From the NCBI GenBank assembly GCA_964106645.2, contig OZ067041.1: a stretch of 64,000 bases of DNA; one strand, given 5' to 3'. This DNA is from Podarcis pityusensis (Eukaryota). The first letter of the stretch is position 1, and each line of letters begins with the position of its first letter. A program made the translations under genes and the position numbers. The notes below the pieces were generated by a model. It was not told the origin of the DNA. It made no database searches and was given only the letters and a program-made list of their open reading frames with translations. Shown piece after piece: positions 48,408 to 62,656 of this stretch.

Positions 48408-51400
48408 AAATTTATTTGCTTGCTTTCTTGATCTGCAAATTCTTCAGACTTTTATTACTTGACCCCTGCCCTTGTGTCTACAACTTCCTAGGATGACAGT
48501 GTTGGAGGGGGGAATGAAACAATTTTTTCTAAACTCGTATATCAAAAAAATATTAATTAAAAAAAGATTTTCAGACATGGAGCAATGCAGTAGATGATCC
48601 TGGCTGCATTCCTAACCTGTTTAGGTTCTGGTGAATATTAGCTATTCATTCTCAGGTTCTCTTTATGTCTTCTATTAAATTTTTACTTTCATAAAACATT
48701 TATCACCTAATATTAATTTGAAACCAAAATATTTTCCGTGACATAAAAATATACAGCCCCTCCTCCCGTCCCCCACATACTATTGTCCCTTTTGCAACTG
48801 TCAGATATCTCATGGTACCATGGTATCACTTGTTAATGCTGCACTGCTGCTTGTTTTCGCTGCAAAAATAAGAGGAAGAGTGTGTGGTACAACTTCAGAC
48901 AGTCACTGCTATCAGGAATCCTGCCCTGACCTCTGGAGACCCCTTTTTGTGAGAGAATCCAATTTGTTGATGCACATGCTTGAGTGCCTCACAGCTTGCC
49001 CATAAGTTTGCTTTTGCTAAATCAGTTGCATATGAAGAGCTTATTAAAATGTCATTAATGGCAACCATATAATTATCATTAAGTTGGTTATCTACTAGGC
49101 ACTGCGCTGGTTCCTGATATGAGTGCAGGCACTGGCATTCTGATTTTAAAGGAATATTGTGTCTGTGCTTCAGAACCTGCTAACTGTGGTGACTTCTGAA
49201 GAGCCTGAATATACCAGCCTCAAGAAAAGCTCCCACAGGGGGATTTTCACCTATCAAAATTCTGAGAAAGGGCCATATACCTGCTTGCATCAATATCCAG
49301 GCTGGACGAGCACCCTAACCCATCTCCAAAATAGGGAGGAAGGGTTTTCTTTCTTCTCATCAGTGTCCCTTGGAAAGACTACAACTCCCAAGAGTTGCTG
49401 CTCTGGACGCCCTGATGTGCTGTCATCAGGGTGACAGAGAAAAAAGGAGAAAGAAAAGTCATTTTCCTGCTCTTTCCTCACTGCTCCTGCCAGCAAACTC
49501 ATACTTAGAAGGGTGAAAATGCAGGAGGTGTTTGGGGTTGAAGAGTGGCAGGAAAGAAGGCCCAGTTATTCCCCAAGCCCCCCCCCCCATTGCTTTGAGA
49601 AGTAGTTTATCAGCTTTTTTCCCCCAGGGAGAACTAAGCCCTTTTACAGGTTAATCTGGTGAGCTCACCTAGCCCTATAGGTTAACTTTCCTTCACATTT
49701 GATTTAGGCAGAGGATTGTACTTAAGATATCCATCCAGTTAAATAAATAAATTTAATTCTGATTAACAGAATTTGATTCTTCGCTGGATCTAGTTATGGA
49801 GAAAGGGAGTGATTATAGCTTCATCACCCAAAATGTTCAGCTAAGGTTTTTGCAGAACAGGTTTCGGGGGGAAATATCTGCCTGAGATTCAAGAGATGTA
49901 ATCCTTTGCCAGTCTGGATGGACAGCAATGGGCTCAGTTACTTTGAAGTGGCTGATAATATATCCATGTGATGCTCATGAGTTAATCAAGTGTCACTGTG
50001 TTTCATTCCACTCTCCACCCTTATAGAATTCCTCCCTGGGTGAGACCCACCTCTGTCTGAGCTCACTATACTGCAAGGCTTTGCGGTTTTAATGTGGTCT
50101 TGTATAATTTCATGGCTAGTATGTGTTGCAATGATTTTATGTTTTGTAAGCTTCCTTTGGCTTATAGTAAAATGGGGTTAAAAAGGGATTGACTGATTGA
50201 CAGAAAAAATCAAAATGGGTTGCTGATGTAATTGAGTGGAAAGCCACTTTGAAAGGGTAGGGATTAGCGGATCACTGTCAAACAGGGAGGAGTTAGCAGT
50301 GCTGTACAGGGTTAAACAAAGTCTTCCATGCTGCGACATACTTTGCTTCCCTTGCCACTGTTTTGCTGCAGTAAACTTTTGAATGTGTATAAAAAATCTG
50401 GCTGTGTCTGTCATAGTAGAGACCACTTGATGAAAATGTAGTCTTTAACCATCTTAAATAAGAAATGAGCTCTTCTGCAAACCTGTGTGCCATGTGGCAT
50501 GATTGGCAGTCTCTGATCCAGCATATAATAGATTATTAAGTTGCAGGTCACAACTGGGGTGCATCATTAGCAAGCGTTGCCATTCAGACAATGGGAGACG
50601 CAGAAAAGAGAAGGGGAAAGTTTGTATGTTGACTGCCCTGGTTTCATTTAGCCATGGGCAGCCATTCTGTTTGAGTAAGACTAAAATATTCCTATTTGCA
50701 AATACATATATATTGCATTGACCTGTCACTCAGGATTTACAGAGTTGTCTTTCTTATCAGAACACGAAGACAGGGGAAGACATTTTACGTGGAATGTCAT
50801 GTGTCAGTCTAGGCTTAGATACCACAATAATGGGCACTGGAGGAATGTCAGAGAAGGGGAGAGAGGAAGACGAAATAAAAGCCAGCTCAGAGATATAGTG
50901 GGTATCTAAAATGAAGAGAAGCAGGTACTTAAGTATCCAATCAACTGACAATAAAAGAGGAAGCGTGAAATCGTTTCCAAGGAGCTGCAGCAAAGGCCTG
51001 AAGTAGATAAATAACAGTAGGTATAGATAATGGGGACCAGCTTGCAGCTCTGTGGTTAAGTGCACAGTCTGATGCAGCTCTTCCCATGGACTGTGGATAT
51101 CATGCCTTCCGACATTCCATAGATAAAAAGACAGGCATCTTTGTATCACCCCTGCTCACATTCCATAGATTATTCTACAAGACCCGCCTATCTTGAAGGC
51201 TCTTCACTACCTGAACTGTATGCTGTATTCATTATTCTGCAATAGACCTGTCCTCCACTTATATAAACACACATTGATTGGTGGTTCTTTGACCGAATCA
51301 CATACTTAAAATATATAATTTTACTTCTGTATGTGAACAACAATTTAAAATATACCTCTGCATCTGCAGCAGGTGTTTTGCATTGATGCATATGCCTTTA

Positions 51401-53814
51401 CTAACACATAATGATGAAAATCCCTTTGTTCACCCCAAAAGGGTTGAGCTGCTACCAGTATTGCATGCAAATACTTGGAGAGCTTCTCCCTCTATCTCCC
51501 CTGCAAGCCTTTCCACACACCCCCCCCCCCATAAAATATAGATATACTTTGGGGTAAGGGAAGGCAGAAATCTCAGCTTTGGCATTCCCAGTCCCCAAAT
51601 GGAACTGAACTGGAACTTGTATCCCTGGCAGGAAAAATCTTGCGCAAAGCATCATTTTCCCATTCAGAGTGCTAGAATGTTTAGACCCAAGTCTCATCCC
51701 CAATGGGAAACTGAGCCAAATTTTATCCATTCTCCCACACAGTCTTCAGCTATAACCCTATGCATATTTATCTGAGAATGAATTCCAGTCATTTTTTGTT
51801 AACACTTATAGCATTATGCTGTTATTTTCCTGGGAAGGGATATGAACCTTGACAAAAGTTGACTCTAACCATTCTTACTAGCAACTTGAACAAGCCATCC
51901 CTCCACAACAACAAACATAGAGGCAAGTTAAGTGCAGCGATTTAGTTGAGAAAACAGAGATTGTCCTTAGCAAATAGGAACAGGTAGAAAATATGAGAGA
52001 TGTGGCTCGTCTGTGGCCAAGTTCCAGATGTGTTTGTATGTGTGTAAAGCCTCATTATCAAGAAGCCTACTCCCCCTGGAGCTTCTCACTGCCCCATAGT
52101 CCCTTCCCAGCTGCTACTGAATCTCTTTACTCTGGAGTCACCTTCTCTGTCTGCTTTGTCAAACTTTTGTTTGGTCTCTTGCTGACAACTCTGCCTTTCA
52201 GGGATGTGGGAGGGGGTTATTTTTCCTGTGCCCTCTTCTCTTCATTCACTTTACCTAGCCAACAAACTCCCCACATGCAATGAAGTGCCTGGCACAATTA
52301 TTCCAAGCAGTGGGGATCTCACAGGGGAACCGCACCAGTTAACATGTTAAACCAAAAGGAAACAGCAGGCCAGAGCGTTCCATGCTCTGGCATAAAAAAT
52401 GGATGATCTAATATTTTATTCATCAAATTCCCCTCTTCCTTTTTCTTTCATTTTTTTTTCCTCCCACAAGATCACGCTCCAGCTCCTCTCACGCTCCTTT
52501 CCCCTTGTTCTTGATAATGATGGCTGTATTATGCAGCTTTCCTTTAAGATGCCTCTCAGCCTCCCCTTTTTAAATGGCAGCACTGAATCTTTAGCTCCTG
52601 GGGGAGTGTTTCCTAATCTCTGCTGATTCCGGCAGCTCCGCCTCCTTGTGACTGGGCGGGCCATATGCAGATACATTCCCATATGGCATTAGGAACATTA
52701 GGAAGCTATAAGCTCTTTGGAACTTTATTCGCTCACTCAGCAACTCCAGCAGTGCTCCTGATACATTTGAAGGGGCATAAAAAGATGCTTAGCTGTCATA
52801 GTGAGTGGGTGCCTACAGTGAAATAAAGGTATTAAAGGTATGCATTCACTTGCCCATGTTCCATCACTAATCTAGCATCGTATCTAGGCTGTAATAAGTG
52901 GCAAACGTCACACTCTTGGGCCTGAATAAATCAACATTCCTGTGTGTTACTAGTCATGGCTTCAGCTAAAACAAACAAGGAAATGTGTTCCGGTGACAAA
53001 GGAACTGCATGTGGAGTTGTCACTTGCTGGTAAAAACTCTGTTCCACAAAGGAATGCCGGTCTGTAGCAGCTCAAAAATATATCTTGCCAACATTAATTC
53101 CAAAGGGGCACAGTGGCTGTAAATCTAGTCACCTTCTTGCTGTCTTCTCTGTATGGATTCTGTTGGTTCCTTAATATGGTTTCTGTGCATTATTCACATT
53201 TAGGGGCATTTTACACGTGCATGCATTTCACTTGACTACTCATTGTTTCATCATGTCCAGATGAATGGGTAAACCAATTATACTGAAAAGTACTGTGTTT
53301 GTAAAGATATGAAAGTCCTGTTTGTGGTGTTTTGGTCCACAATGACCTGTTCACTCAGGCAACCCACCTGTTGATGCTTCTGTCATCAAGTGAAGAGTAC
53401 ATGTACTGTCAACTGGCCTTTTCACCACCTTGACTTGCTTTTACCAGAACCTTCTACCTGGTGCATTTCTTTGGAGCGCATGCCTCCAAAAGTCATCTGC
53501 TCCCAACTATGGTACCAATGGTTTGGATTCAGGCTCGGTCAGTTGAATGTAGATCCCACTGAAATGGATGTGAAAAATTAGTTACAACTAAGTCAAAGGA
53601 CCTAGATTTCAATGGGAACTAAGTTAAATTAACTTAGCCTGGATCCAACCCAAACTATGAGACATAGTTTGCACCACTTGATGTGGGAGGGTGGCACAAG
53701 GCTGCCACAATTCTTTTTAAATAGCCTCCCCCCACCCCATGCTGCTTTGAATTCACCTAGAGGGAAACCTACTTTCTGACCTCTGCTGATCTGAAACAAG
53801 GGAATACTATAAAT

Positions 53815-54135
53815 CATGGGTAGGCAAACTAAGGCCCGGGGGCCAGATCCGGCCCAATCGCCTTCAAAATCCGGCCCGTGGATGGTCCGGGAATCAGCAT
53901 GTTTTTACATGAGTAGAACGTGCCCTTTTATTTAAAATGCATCTCTGGGTTATTTGTTGGGCCTGCCTGATGTTTTGACATGAGTAGAATGTGTTTTTTT
54001 TTATTTAAAATGCATCTCTGGGTTATTTGTGGGGCAAAGGAATTTGTTCATCCCCCCCCCCCATTATAGTCTGGCCCCCCACAAGGTCTGAAGGACAGTG
54101 GACTAGCCCTCTGCTAAAAAAGTTTGCTGATCCCT
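53815..54135. mobile_element. hAT-type non-autonomous DNA transposon
   Basis: CATGGGTAGGCAAACT...AGTTTGCTGATCCCTG ends, GGCCC subterminal motifs and an internal 70-bp duplication. Flanks CTATAAAT and CTGTAAAT resemble an 8-bp target-site duplication. Confidence 0.85.
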
Positions 54136-55234
54136 GTAAATCTTCCCCACATTTTCTGGTTGTCTTATAATTTTGAGGGTCCATTTGTTGAACTGCCATA
54201 GTTTTTACACATGGGTAGTATAGTGACTGATGTGGCAGCACATTATTTATAGTGCTTAATCATGCACACATTAATTACCCATACCTGATTTGATCAAGAC
54301 TTTAAAATATTATGGATTTATATCATGAATGTTCATTCATGTAACACATGCAAACTCTGAAAACATTCTCGTTTCTTCCTGGATGAAATTGTTGGTGTTT
54401 CCAGATCATTCTTCCTGATTTGTCTGCAGGGAGGCTAGATGGCTAGATTTGGTATTTAATGAGCAATCACCTTGATTTTTTTGTGGGGAGGCTAGACGAT
54501 ATTACAGAAAAATTAATGGTCATCCCACACTTTCCCCCGTGACTTTCCTTATTGCAAGGAGTCCAGTCTTTTGGGGAGGCACAAGAGCTCCAAAATGACT
54601 TCAATTGAGCAACCTGAATTTTGCCAGTATGTGATTGTCTGCCGCCCCAAAATAGTGACAGTCTTGAAGTGCCCTGTGACCGATTTGATGGATTTTGGTA
54701 ATCCAGAACAACAGTCTGAGCTTTCCTCATGTTTTGAAAAAAGTGAGAGACTGCCCTCCCCCTATTTCTAATAAAGCCTTCTAACAGAGTTTTTTTATCA
54801 CCTCCTACCCCTATGGAATAATACCCTTCCATTAGGGTTGGCCGAATCCATCTATTTCTCATCAGTGTCACTTCTCCTTGCATTCTTCCTTAGGCCGATT
54901 CCATCCTTCATCTGCATTAATCAACTAAGTTTGATGGATTTTTTTAAAAAACACTTTAGGAAAAACATACCTGGGGTGGATTTACCTGCTGTGTGATTCT
55001 GGTCCTTCATGTCATTCCAGGCAATATTTGTTGTTTTTGTAAGCACACATACATCCCAAAACTCATTTCTCTCACATGCCCTTTGTTCGTATTAATTATA
55101 TTTTAATGATATTTTATGGACACATGCTTTCCTTCACCATCTTCTGTGAATGACACCACTGAACTCATATCAGGACCTTTTGAAGTCAGCCACCACCTGT
55201 ACTAATAGCTGTGGGTATCCTGAAATGCATACTT

Positions 55235-55400
55235 TTTGCCAGTCACAACAAAGATGCTTGTGGAAAACTGGCTAGCAGGACCTGAGCACAAGAACACTCC
55301 CACCACTGCGGTTTCCATTAACTGGTACTTAGAACCATTACTGCTTCTGATCATGGAGGCAGAACACAGCCCTTATGGCTAATAGCCACTGATAGCCTGA
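55235..55400 (-). mobile_element. CR1 3' UTR fragment
   Basis: AGCAGGACCTGAGCACAAGA...AACTGGTA...CATTACTGC...TGGAGGCAGA..CAGCC..ATGGCTAATAGCCA.TGATAGCC. Confidence 0.78.
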
Positions 55401-57253
55401 TAGGACTGAGAGTACAGAGCAAATTGGGCAAATTCACTGAGAGACCAATACCCCCTGCAGAAAGGTTCTTCCACATCAAATAGTTGAAATATTGGCAGAG
55501 CAGCATTATACTAGTCATTAGAACACTCATTTAAAAATTAGCAATCCCTCTCTCAGCTAAAACAAAATGCAGGAACAGCAGAATAAGCATATTAAAAGAC
55601 AATTTGTCCAGTCATTTGGGCAAGTAGGTTTTTCATGACATCTCAAGTTTTTGTATGCAAAAAAATTGCACAGTTCCAAGTCATTTCAAATTCATGCTGT
55701 GCAACACTGAAGTTCTGCCTTATAACACTCAATAAATAAAAGTTCTTAGCTTTCAGGTGTTGATACAGGGCCCAGGAATATAAAGCCACGGTGAAATGAC
55801 AGCCGTGGAGTGCATGTTCTGACATTTGAACATGAGGGTCTTTAAAAAGAAGCACTGTTTAGCATCTCCTCTGTACAGCCACTCTCTGCTCCTTGAAAGT
55901 CTGTAACCCTCACCAGAACTTTCTTTTTAGTCATGTCAAAGAATGCCAGTGTCCTTACATTCACTGAACACCAGCACTGCACTGAACTTGTGGTAGGGTA
56001 AACATATCTTCACCTGCTTGACAGGTGCTTTTAGTAATCAGAAAAGTCATGCTGATGCTTGGTTGTCTTTTCTTCCTTCCTTCCTTTATTTTTTGAGCAT
56101 TCATTCAGGCATTGGGTTTGTTTGTTTTCCCACCTTTTGGAAATGGTGTGAAAGAAACACACAGTCCATTTGTACTTTAGGAATTACTTGACTGCCTTAC
56201 CATTCTGTTCCCCATTGTCACGGGGGTGTATTGCAGAAACTAATCCTGTTTTTGAGTTTAGAAACATCCCTAGAAAGTGCTGCAGCCAGTTGAAATAGAT
56301 GGTTCTGGTCTAGGCAGCTCAATGATCTGACTCAGTATAAGGGAGCTTAATGTGTTTGAAAGTGCTTTTATATCAGGGGTTTCCCCATTGCCAAGGGCAA
56401 GTACCTTTCCTGCACAAGTAATGCGGTGTATGGTGGTATTAGTTACCAATTCCCTCTTTACAACTCATTTCCAGCCATTCCTATCCTGAGCTGAGTAACA
56501 GATATTCATTCATCTTCTGTAAAAAAAAATTTAAAAAAATACTTTTGCATATATTTGTATGAAGTAGTATGTGAACCACCCTGAGACTTGAAGGTATAGG
56601 GCAGTATATAAATTCAATAAATGATGATGATGATGATGATGCACAAAGCAACATGCATGAGGTGCATGATGGGGTGCAGAGACACTGTCATGCACAGTAG
56701 TTTGAGTAGAGCTGCAAACAACTCTCATGGTTGGAGGTTTTGTCAAAGATCTTGGCAGATTGCTACCACATTCTGATATTCCACAGAATGCTACTTGTTT
56801 TTGACAATGAGCATATGCCATACTGCATAGCAGCAGAGACATTTGTCTGTATGTTATGTGTCTTTCATCCTTGGATGTTACTCTGTTACTCTGTTTCTCC
56901 ACCTTTTGACACCTTCTCTGCTGTTGCATGTGATAAGATCTTGCACTGCTGTGCTGAGATTATATTGTCAGGTGTAGGGTCAAAACACATTAGTTAATGG
57001 ACTGTATCTCCCTCTTAAGAATTTATCAATGCAATCATAGGTCTTTAGGCCTTGGAAGGATCTGGCAGTGGCAGGTAAGAACAGATTGGTTCATCACCAT
57101 TGCAAATTATTACCAAGTTGTATTGCTTTAGAAGATTGTCCCATAGACTACAAAGCTGAGGTGACAAATTATGTCAACATTGCTAGTTGGCTTGTATGGG
57201 TGGTAAAAACTGAAAGTTGGCTTTGTATACCTAGCATTGGGGGAAAGTACATT

Positions 57254-58068
57254 TGCGTGACCAGGCGGTGACAGCCCCAGCCGCCAGAGATCATAAGGAA
57301 GGAATAAAGACCCTGACAATGTTATATGGAATTAAAATTAGGCCACAGCTTTATTAAACTTCCAAACGGAGGAAGACCTTGGCTTAGGCCTTGGGCGTGT
57401 ATCCCTCCCAGCCCCCCAGCCGGGGGGAACTGGGGCTCATCAGGGTAAATGGGATATGGGGGTGTTCTGTGAGACATAAGTGTAGCAGGCAGCCAAACAC
57501 ACATCCCCACATGCAGGGAGGTTCACTGACGACCTTTCAGTGTATGGCCAGTGACACCCATATACATAACCCCTTTAAGAGGGGGACCCTGGAATCACTG
57601 CTGCAAGGGGGTGAGTCACCACTTGACACACACACACACACCCCAATATAGAGAAGAAAAGACTAAAGGATTTCACCCAAGGCTATAACTGCCCAAGTTG
57701 TGACAAATCGCTACGGGGAAGACAAAACCTGCCAATGCAGGAAAATTTCTTCCCGGTCCTTCAACAGCAACCAGTCCAAGACCATAGCAGTGCCCGCTAA
57801 ACAGGAAGAAAAAGTTAGCCTGTAAACAAGACACATTAAACAAAGGGAGGGTAGGGAGGGTGAATCTCCAGAGCGGACTGTCTGGCTATTGTCAGCTCCA
57901 CGCCCTATTTATAAATGGGGCTGGCCCCACCTCCCAGTAAGAAACTTGATTACTGAGGCTGGGCGTGAACCTCCAAAAATTAACACTGAGAGGCAAGCCA
58001 GCCCCTGTTTGCCAGTAAGCTCCCTGGGAACAGTAGCCCCATGCATGATCCCGCAAAGGGCACCCACA
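57254..58068 (-). mobile_element. LTR-like element of about 800 bp
   Basis: GC-richer block bounded by TG...CA, with minus-strand AATAAA at 57349-57354 and a TATA-like element near 57906-57915. No matching target-site duplication, so boundaries are uncertain. Confidence 0.45.
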
Positions 58069-61000
58069 ATATAAAGTGTGAGTGCTCATTATGTCACAAG
58101 GTGATACGTGATATGAACACCATTTGTTATATGCACAAAGCACAACTGGTTTTATTGCTAATCCTCCTATTATATCTTGATTGGTTATAATAGTTTAGCT
58201 GCCTTGGGGGTCTTTTAAAGACAGAAAGGCAGGGTGTAAATATTTTATTATAACTATGACTGCACTAACAACAACAGAGATATGATGACCTAGAAACAAT
58301 TCTGGGCAAAATTCGAGAGTGAACAGAGCTGACACAATAGATAGTGTTACTTGATAATACTTAATGTTATTATAGCAGTTCGTATGCTATGTATTGTAGT
58401 CCTTAAGGTAAGGTAAGTCAGTATTATTATGCCCCATACTGCATGTGAATGGGTGGAGATAGAGAGAGAGAGAGAGTGAAGCATGTGAAAGTATAGTTGG
58501 TACCCACTTAGAGTGAACAAGGATCAGGCAGACACAGCTTTGGAGAAAGAGAAGGTGAGGTTTTATTGCTGAGCAATAAGGACCCAGTTGGAATCTCTTC
58601 CAAAAGACTGGGACCCCGAGAGACAGAACTCCTGAGGTCTTTATACCTGAGCAAATCACAGCAAATCACAGATCAAGAGACAGTCATGGGACAGTCACGA
58701 ATGCCAGCGAAAATTAGCCAATTAGCGTGCTTCTTGCCATGCTTACGGCTCCTGGTCAAGTGCGGAGCTCTACTCCCAACTTCTGCTTTCCGTTGTCTGC
58801 ACAAATGATGCACAATGATGCACAATCTGACCTTTCCCCCAGTTCTGACAGAACAGGGAGTTTGGAGTTTTTGTGGTTTGGCCCTTCCTGTTCTTGTGGA
58901 TTATTTTAGCCTGCATTTGAGGGGGATTTTGTACCAGTGTCTCTGATTCATGTCTTTCCCCTTTTGTTCAGGGTACACGGATGTTTTCTAGGGGAAAGGT
59001 CGGTTCTAAAGTTGCTGTTCCAAGCAGTTTGCAGTTAGCTAAGGCAAAGCTTTCCTTTGATTCAAAATGGATTATAAAAATACTGTAAGCCCTGATTATG
59101 TGTGAGCATATGTGAATATATTGATTACTGATAACTGATTATATGAATAGCATAAGGGTAGCCCTTCTTTCCTTGCCTCAAGAGGTGCTTGCCCAACACC
59201 ACCAGGTGAGTTCATGGAAGATGTGAGATTTGAATCAGGGGCTTTCTGATTTGTCTGATCTGTCTCTCAGCCACTATATTACATGTATGGCAATGAGAGT
59301 TCCATCTCTCCAAAATTTTATTTCTGCAGTGAGATAGGGATAACTTCTTGAAGGATCCCCAATAGACATCATGCATGAATAGAGAGGGACTGCAAACAAG
59401 CTTTCTTGGTATCAGCTCCCTCGTTTTGAAATTTAATCCTACATTGGTTTTTTATTACAGTTGAATTCTGGAGATTATGGGAAAAGAGTGGGAGACAAAA
59501 ACCCTTCTGAATATTAGGATGTTCCAGTGACGGAAGTGGAGTTTCAGGAGGGCGGAATCACTTGGCTTACAATTGCAAGGTGGCCCATTCCCCCCTTCTT
59601 CTTTTTTTACTCTCTCTCTCTCTTTTAAAAAAGTCAGATAAGTAGCCTGTCTATCAAGAGTATTTCTACTGCAGGAGATTTCAGAGACAAGGCAGAAAAG
59701 AGGAAGGATAAGGACAGCTTTATGAAACCTTTTATACAAGTTGGAAACTCCATGTAATATTTCCAAGGTCATTAGTCATTATGAACATGCTCTCAGATGA
59801 TGAATCCCAAAGCCAAGGTATTTCTTTGATTTAAAACTAATTTTCCGAGTTAGAGCTTAGAAACATGAATGAGAGACACATGGATTTTGTAAACAACTTT
59901 GAGGTTTTTAACAATCAAGCAGTTTATAAATTTTATGAAATAAATAAATACATGAAGATTGCACCCAAAATGTCTAAGCCTGGGGGGCCTCACACCCACT
60001 AGAAATGGGAAAAATGTGATTTATAATACTTTTTCTTAGGTCAAACATTTCCCTTTGTCTTGCCTGAGTTGGGTAGAGAAAGGCATGTCAGAAGTGGTCA
60101 GAACAGCACCCCAGTGTAAATGTGCATTGCCATTTAGTTAATCTACACCAATTGCAATGTGCTTCTATTCAATGACATGCATATTCTGGGTGAATGTGTG
60201 CATTTCCTCTGTATGTCTTTTAGGATTTTTTTTTAAAAATCATCATTTTTGTCTGACAGCATACAGGGCCAATCAATACAGCATATGCCTCCTTCTGTCC
60301 CATATAAAGGGAATATTTACTTGTGAGAGTGATTCTAAGAATCCCTAATAATTAAAAAATACTCTAATGAATGCAGTTAATTTCCTATTCTGAAAATTTG
60401 TCGGGAAAGCACTTTTGCCATATTAGCATATTTTGCAAGGTTAATGTAGTGTACTTAATAAGATAAATAAAGCTTGTCATGATATTTCAGGCAAATTTTA
60501 ACAAGAGAATTCAAAACCATTCTGAAAGCCCTAATCTCTTGGTGTTGTTGAAACTTTGCTTGTTCATGCTGAAACTTTAACTCCTGAGCTTCCGCTAGGA
60601 ATTTAGGTCATTGCCATCATGCTAAAGGCAGCTCCTGTATATGGGAACTGAAGATGCTCACAAGAAAGATTGGTGTCGCTTTTGTGGTATGGAAATAATA
60701 GAAGCTGAGACGAGTTTCTGCATGAGATGAGTTGAAGCAGACAGAACTGCCATGAGATAGAATGGGGGAGTCAAGGAATTAGGAAGGGGAGAATCAGCCT
60801 GTTTCTGCACCATATCAGTTTCACATAAAAGCTCCTGTAAATCTATCTCATCCATTTTTGCGTTATTCTGGATGTGTGTGATATAATTTGCATGAAAACT
60901 GAAACTGAAATTTGTATATTAAATGTATTTTCTCTCATAATGCAGATTTCTAAACCTAGATTCCCTCAAAATAAGTACTTATAATAAGTCTATTTTGATG

Positions 61001-61298
61001 AGGTCACATTTAAAGGTGAACTTGCCCGATTTTCGCTTTCCAAAACAGTACGGAAACTGAAATGCAGCCATTCTTTGAAATTTGCACTTTACCTAATTTT
61101 GCAGTGCTGTCCTCCAGCCATGTAATATTTGAAAAATGCATATACTGCAGTAAAGTGTGCATACAAATGCATGTATTGGTGATCATTTAGAAAAAAATGC
61201 ATGCAAAAATGTGCATATCAGGATAAATTTGCACTAAAATGCTAATAAATTTTCATGAGATTGCTGTACAAATGTGACGAATTGGATTTAAGAATAGC

Positions 61299-61535
61299 AC
61301 AGGTGGGCAAACCGTTTCAGCCTGAGGCCCATTTTCCTTGCTGGGCAACCTTCCAAGGAGCCACACATGCATCCCTTTAGCATCCATCTAGACAGCCAAG
61401 AGGCGTTATTAGAGTTCAAGGACATATTTCAGCCAGGAAAAAACACTTGGGGCGGAGGCAGGGCCAAAAAGAGTGTGGCCAGGGGAGAGTCCTGAGAGCC
61501 AATTAGACCCTAAGCTTGAGGTCCCCCATCCCAAA
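61299..61535. mobile_element. Degenerate hAT-type MITE
   Basis: CAGGTGGGCAAACC...CAGCCTGAGGCCC start and GAGGTCCCCCATCCC end. Confidence 0.5.
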
Positions 61536-62580
61536 TTTAACAACATGCATGAGTATCAGGGCTACCCTGCCATCCCCGCTTCCTCCAAGGAAGGCTGCAA
61601 GGAGATCAGAAGCTTCTGCCTGCGACCATCCAGTGATTTACAGTGTCCAAACCTGTACAACACATCACGATGCCATCCACAGTTTCGGGAAACAAGTCAA
61701 CTCCAAACCATGGCTTACAATCCTGGCTTGTTTCTCTACCAAAACCACAACCGACAGCTACCAGAGCTCTCAGCTTCAATCAAGCATGCAAACTCAGTGC
61801 ACTAAAACTAGATGGTTTCCCCAATGTTTTCCCCATGCAAGTGAAGCCAACCATTGCTTGCCATTTCTGCATCCCAAGCCTTCCTAAGGAAAAAAATTAA
61901 TAAAATCTGAATGAATATTTCAACCCCTCTCTGGTATGTGCACAGACACTTCCTATTTCCCTCCTTGGGCTTTTATCACTAGCAGTAGGATGCAAAGCGA
62001 TATGCATAACAGCAAGAAGAGTGAGGCACAGAAGGAGCCTGCATTAATGTTGCCGGTGTGCTGACTGTGCACCTAACTTGCCTGTAGCTGCTCCCATTCA
62101 CTGTATTACCTCTATTTCCAAGGCCAACAGGCTGGTGCAGAATGAGGCATGGCAGATTACAGGGATCAAAGGAACACCCAACCGCATCCATTGCAGATGC
62201 AGCCCCTGGAAATATTCAGTGCAGATGTGCCCTCCAGCAGTGGAGATATAGCAGACAATTTTAGTAATAAACAATCAGGTGGAGTGGTGCAGCCACGGGG
62301 TTTGATGAGAGCTTGCGATGGGTTTTGAAGAATTTCAATTTCACATAGGTACTGAACACATTTTTTTAAATGCCTTATTTGAGCTATTGACTTAATGTTT
62401 TATTTTCCTGTAAAAGTCCAAAAGCAGGAAAGCATTTGAAAAATCCTCATGTAAGACACTGAGGGCCATGGGAGGCAATCATAAACTCGCTTCCTGGCTG
62501 CCAGCCGTGGGCAAGTCTCAGGTAATCATTAGCAGAGAGCCCTTGTGTTCCTAATGGTTTCTCCGCCTTGCCTTTTGCAG

Positions 62581-62656
62581 GATGATTGGTTTCTCAGCCT
62601 TCTTAATATTATACACTAAAAGCAGCTGCATCAACAGATAAATGAGGCCCCAGCTG
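62581..62656 (+). other. Candidate spliced exon (76 nt; 5' UTR or lncRNA)
   Basis: Acceptor CTCCGCCTTGCCTTTTGCAG| and donor CTG|GTAAGG. All three frames contain stops; an ATG at 62642 gives MRPQL up to the donor. Confidence 0.45.

Noticed and set aside
51113-51171. Direct repeat ACATTCCATAGAT containing miR-1/206 8-mer seed sites
   Set aside because: No evidence that this lies in a 3' UTR; explained by a short local duplication.
16560-60912. Scattered NF-kB (GGGGTTTCCC at 16561, GGGATTTCCC at 47371) and ISRE-like (GAAACTGAAA at about 60901) matches
   Set aside because: Isolated short motifs are expected by chance in 64 kb, and several ISRE-like hits lie inside a repeat family.
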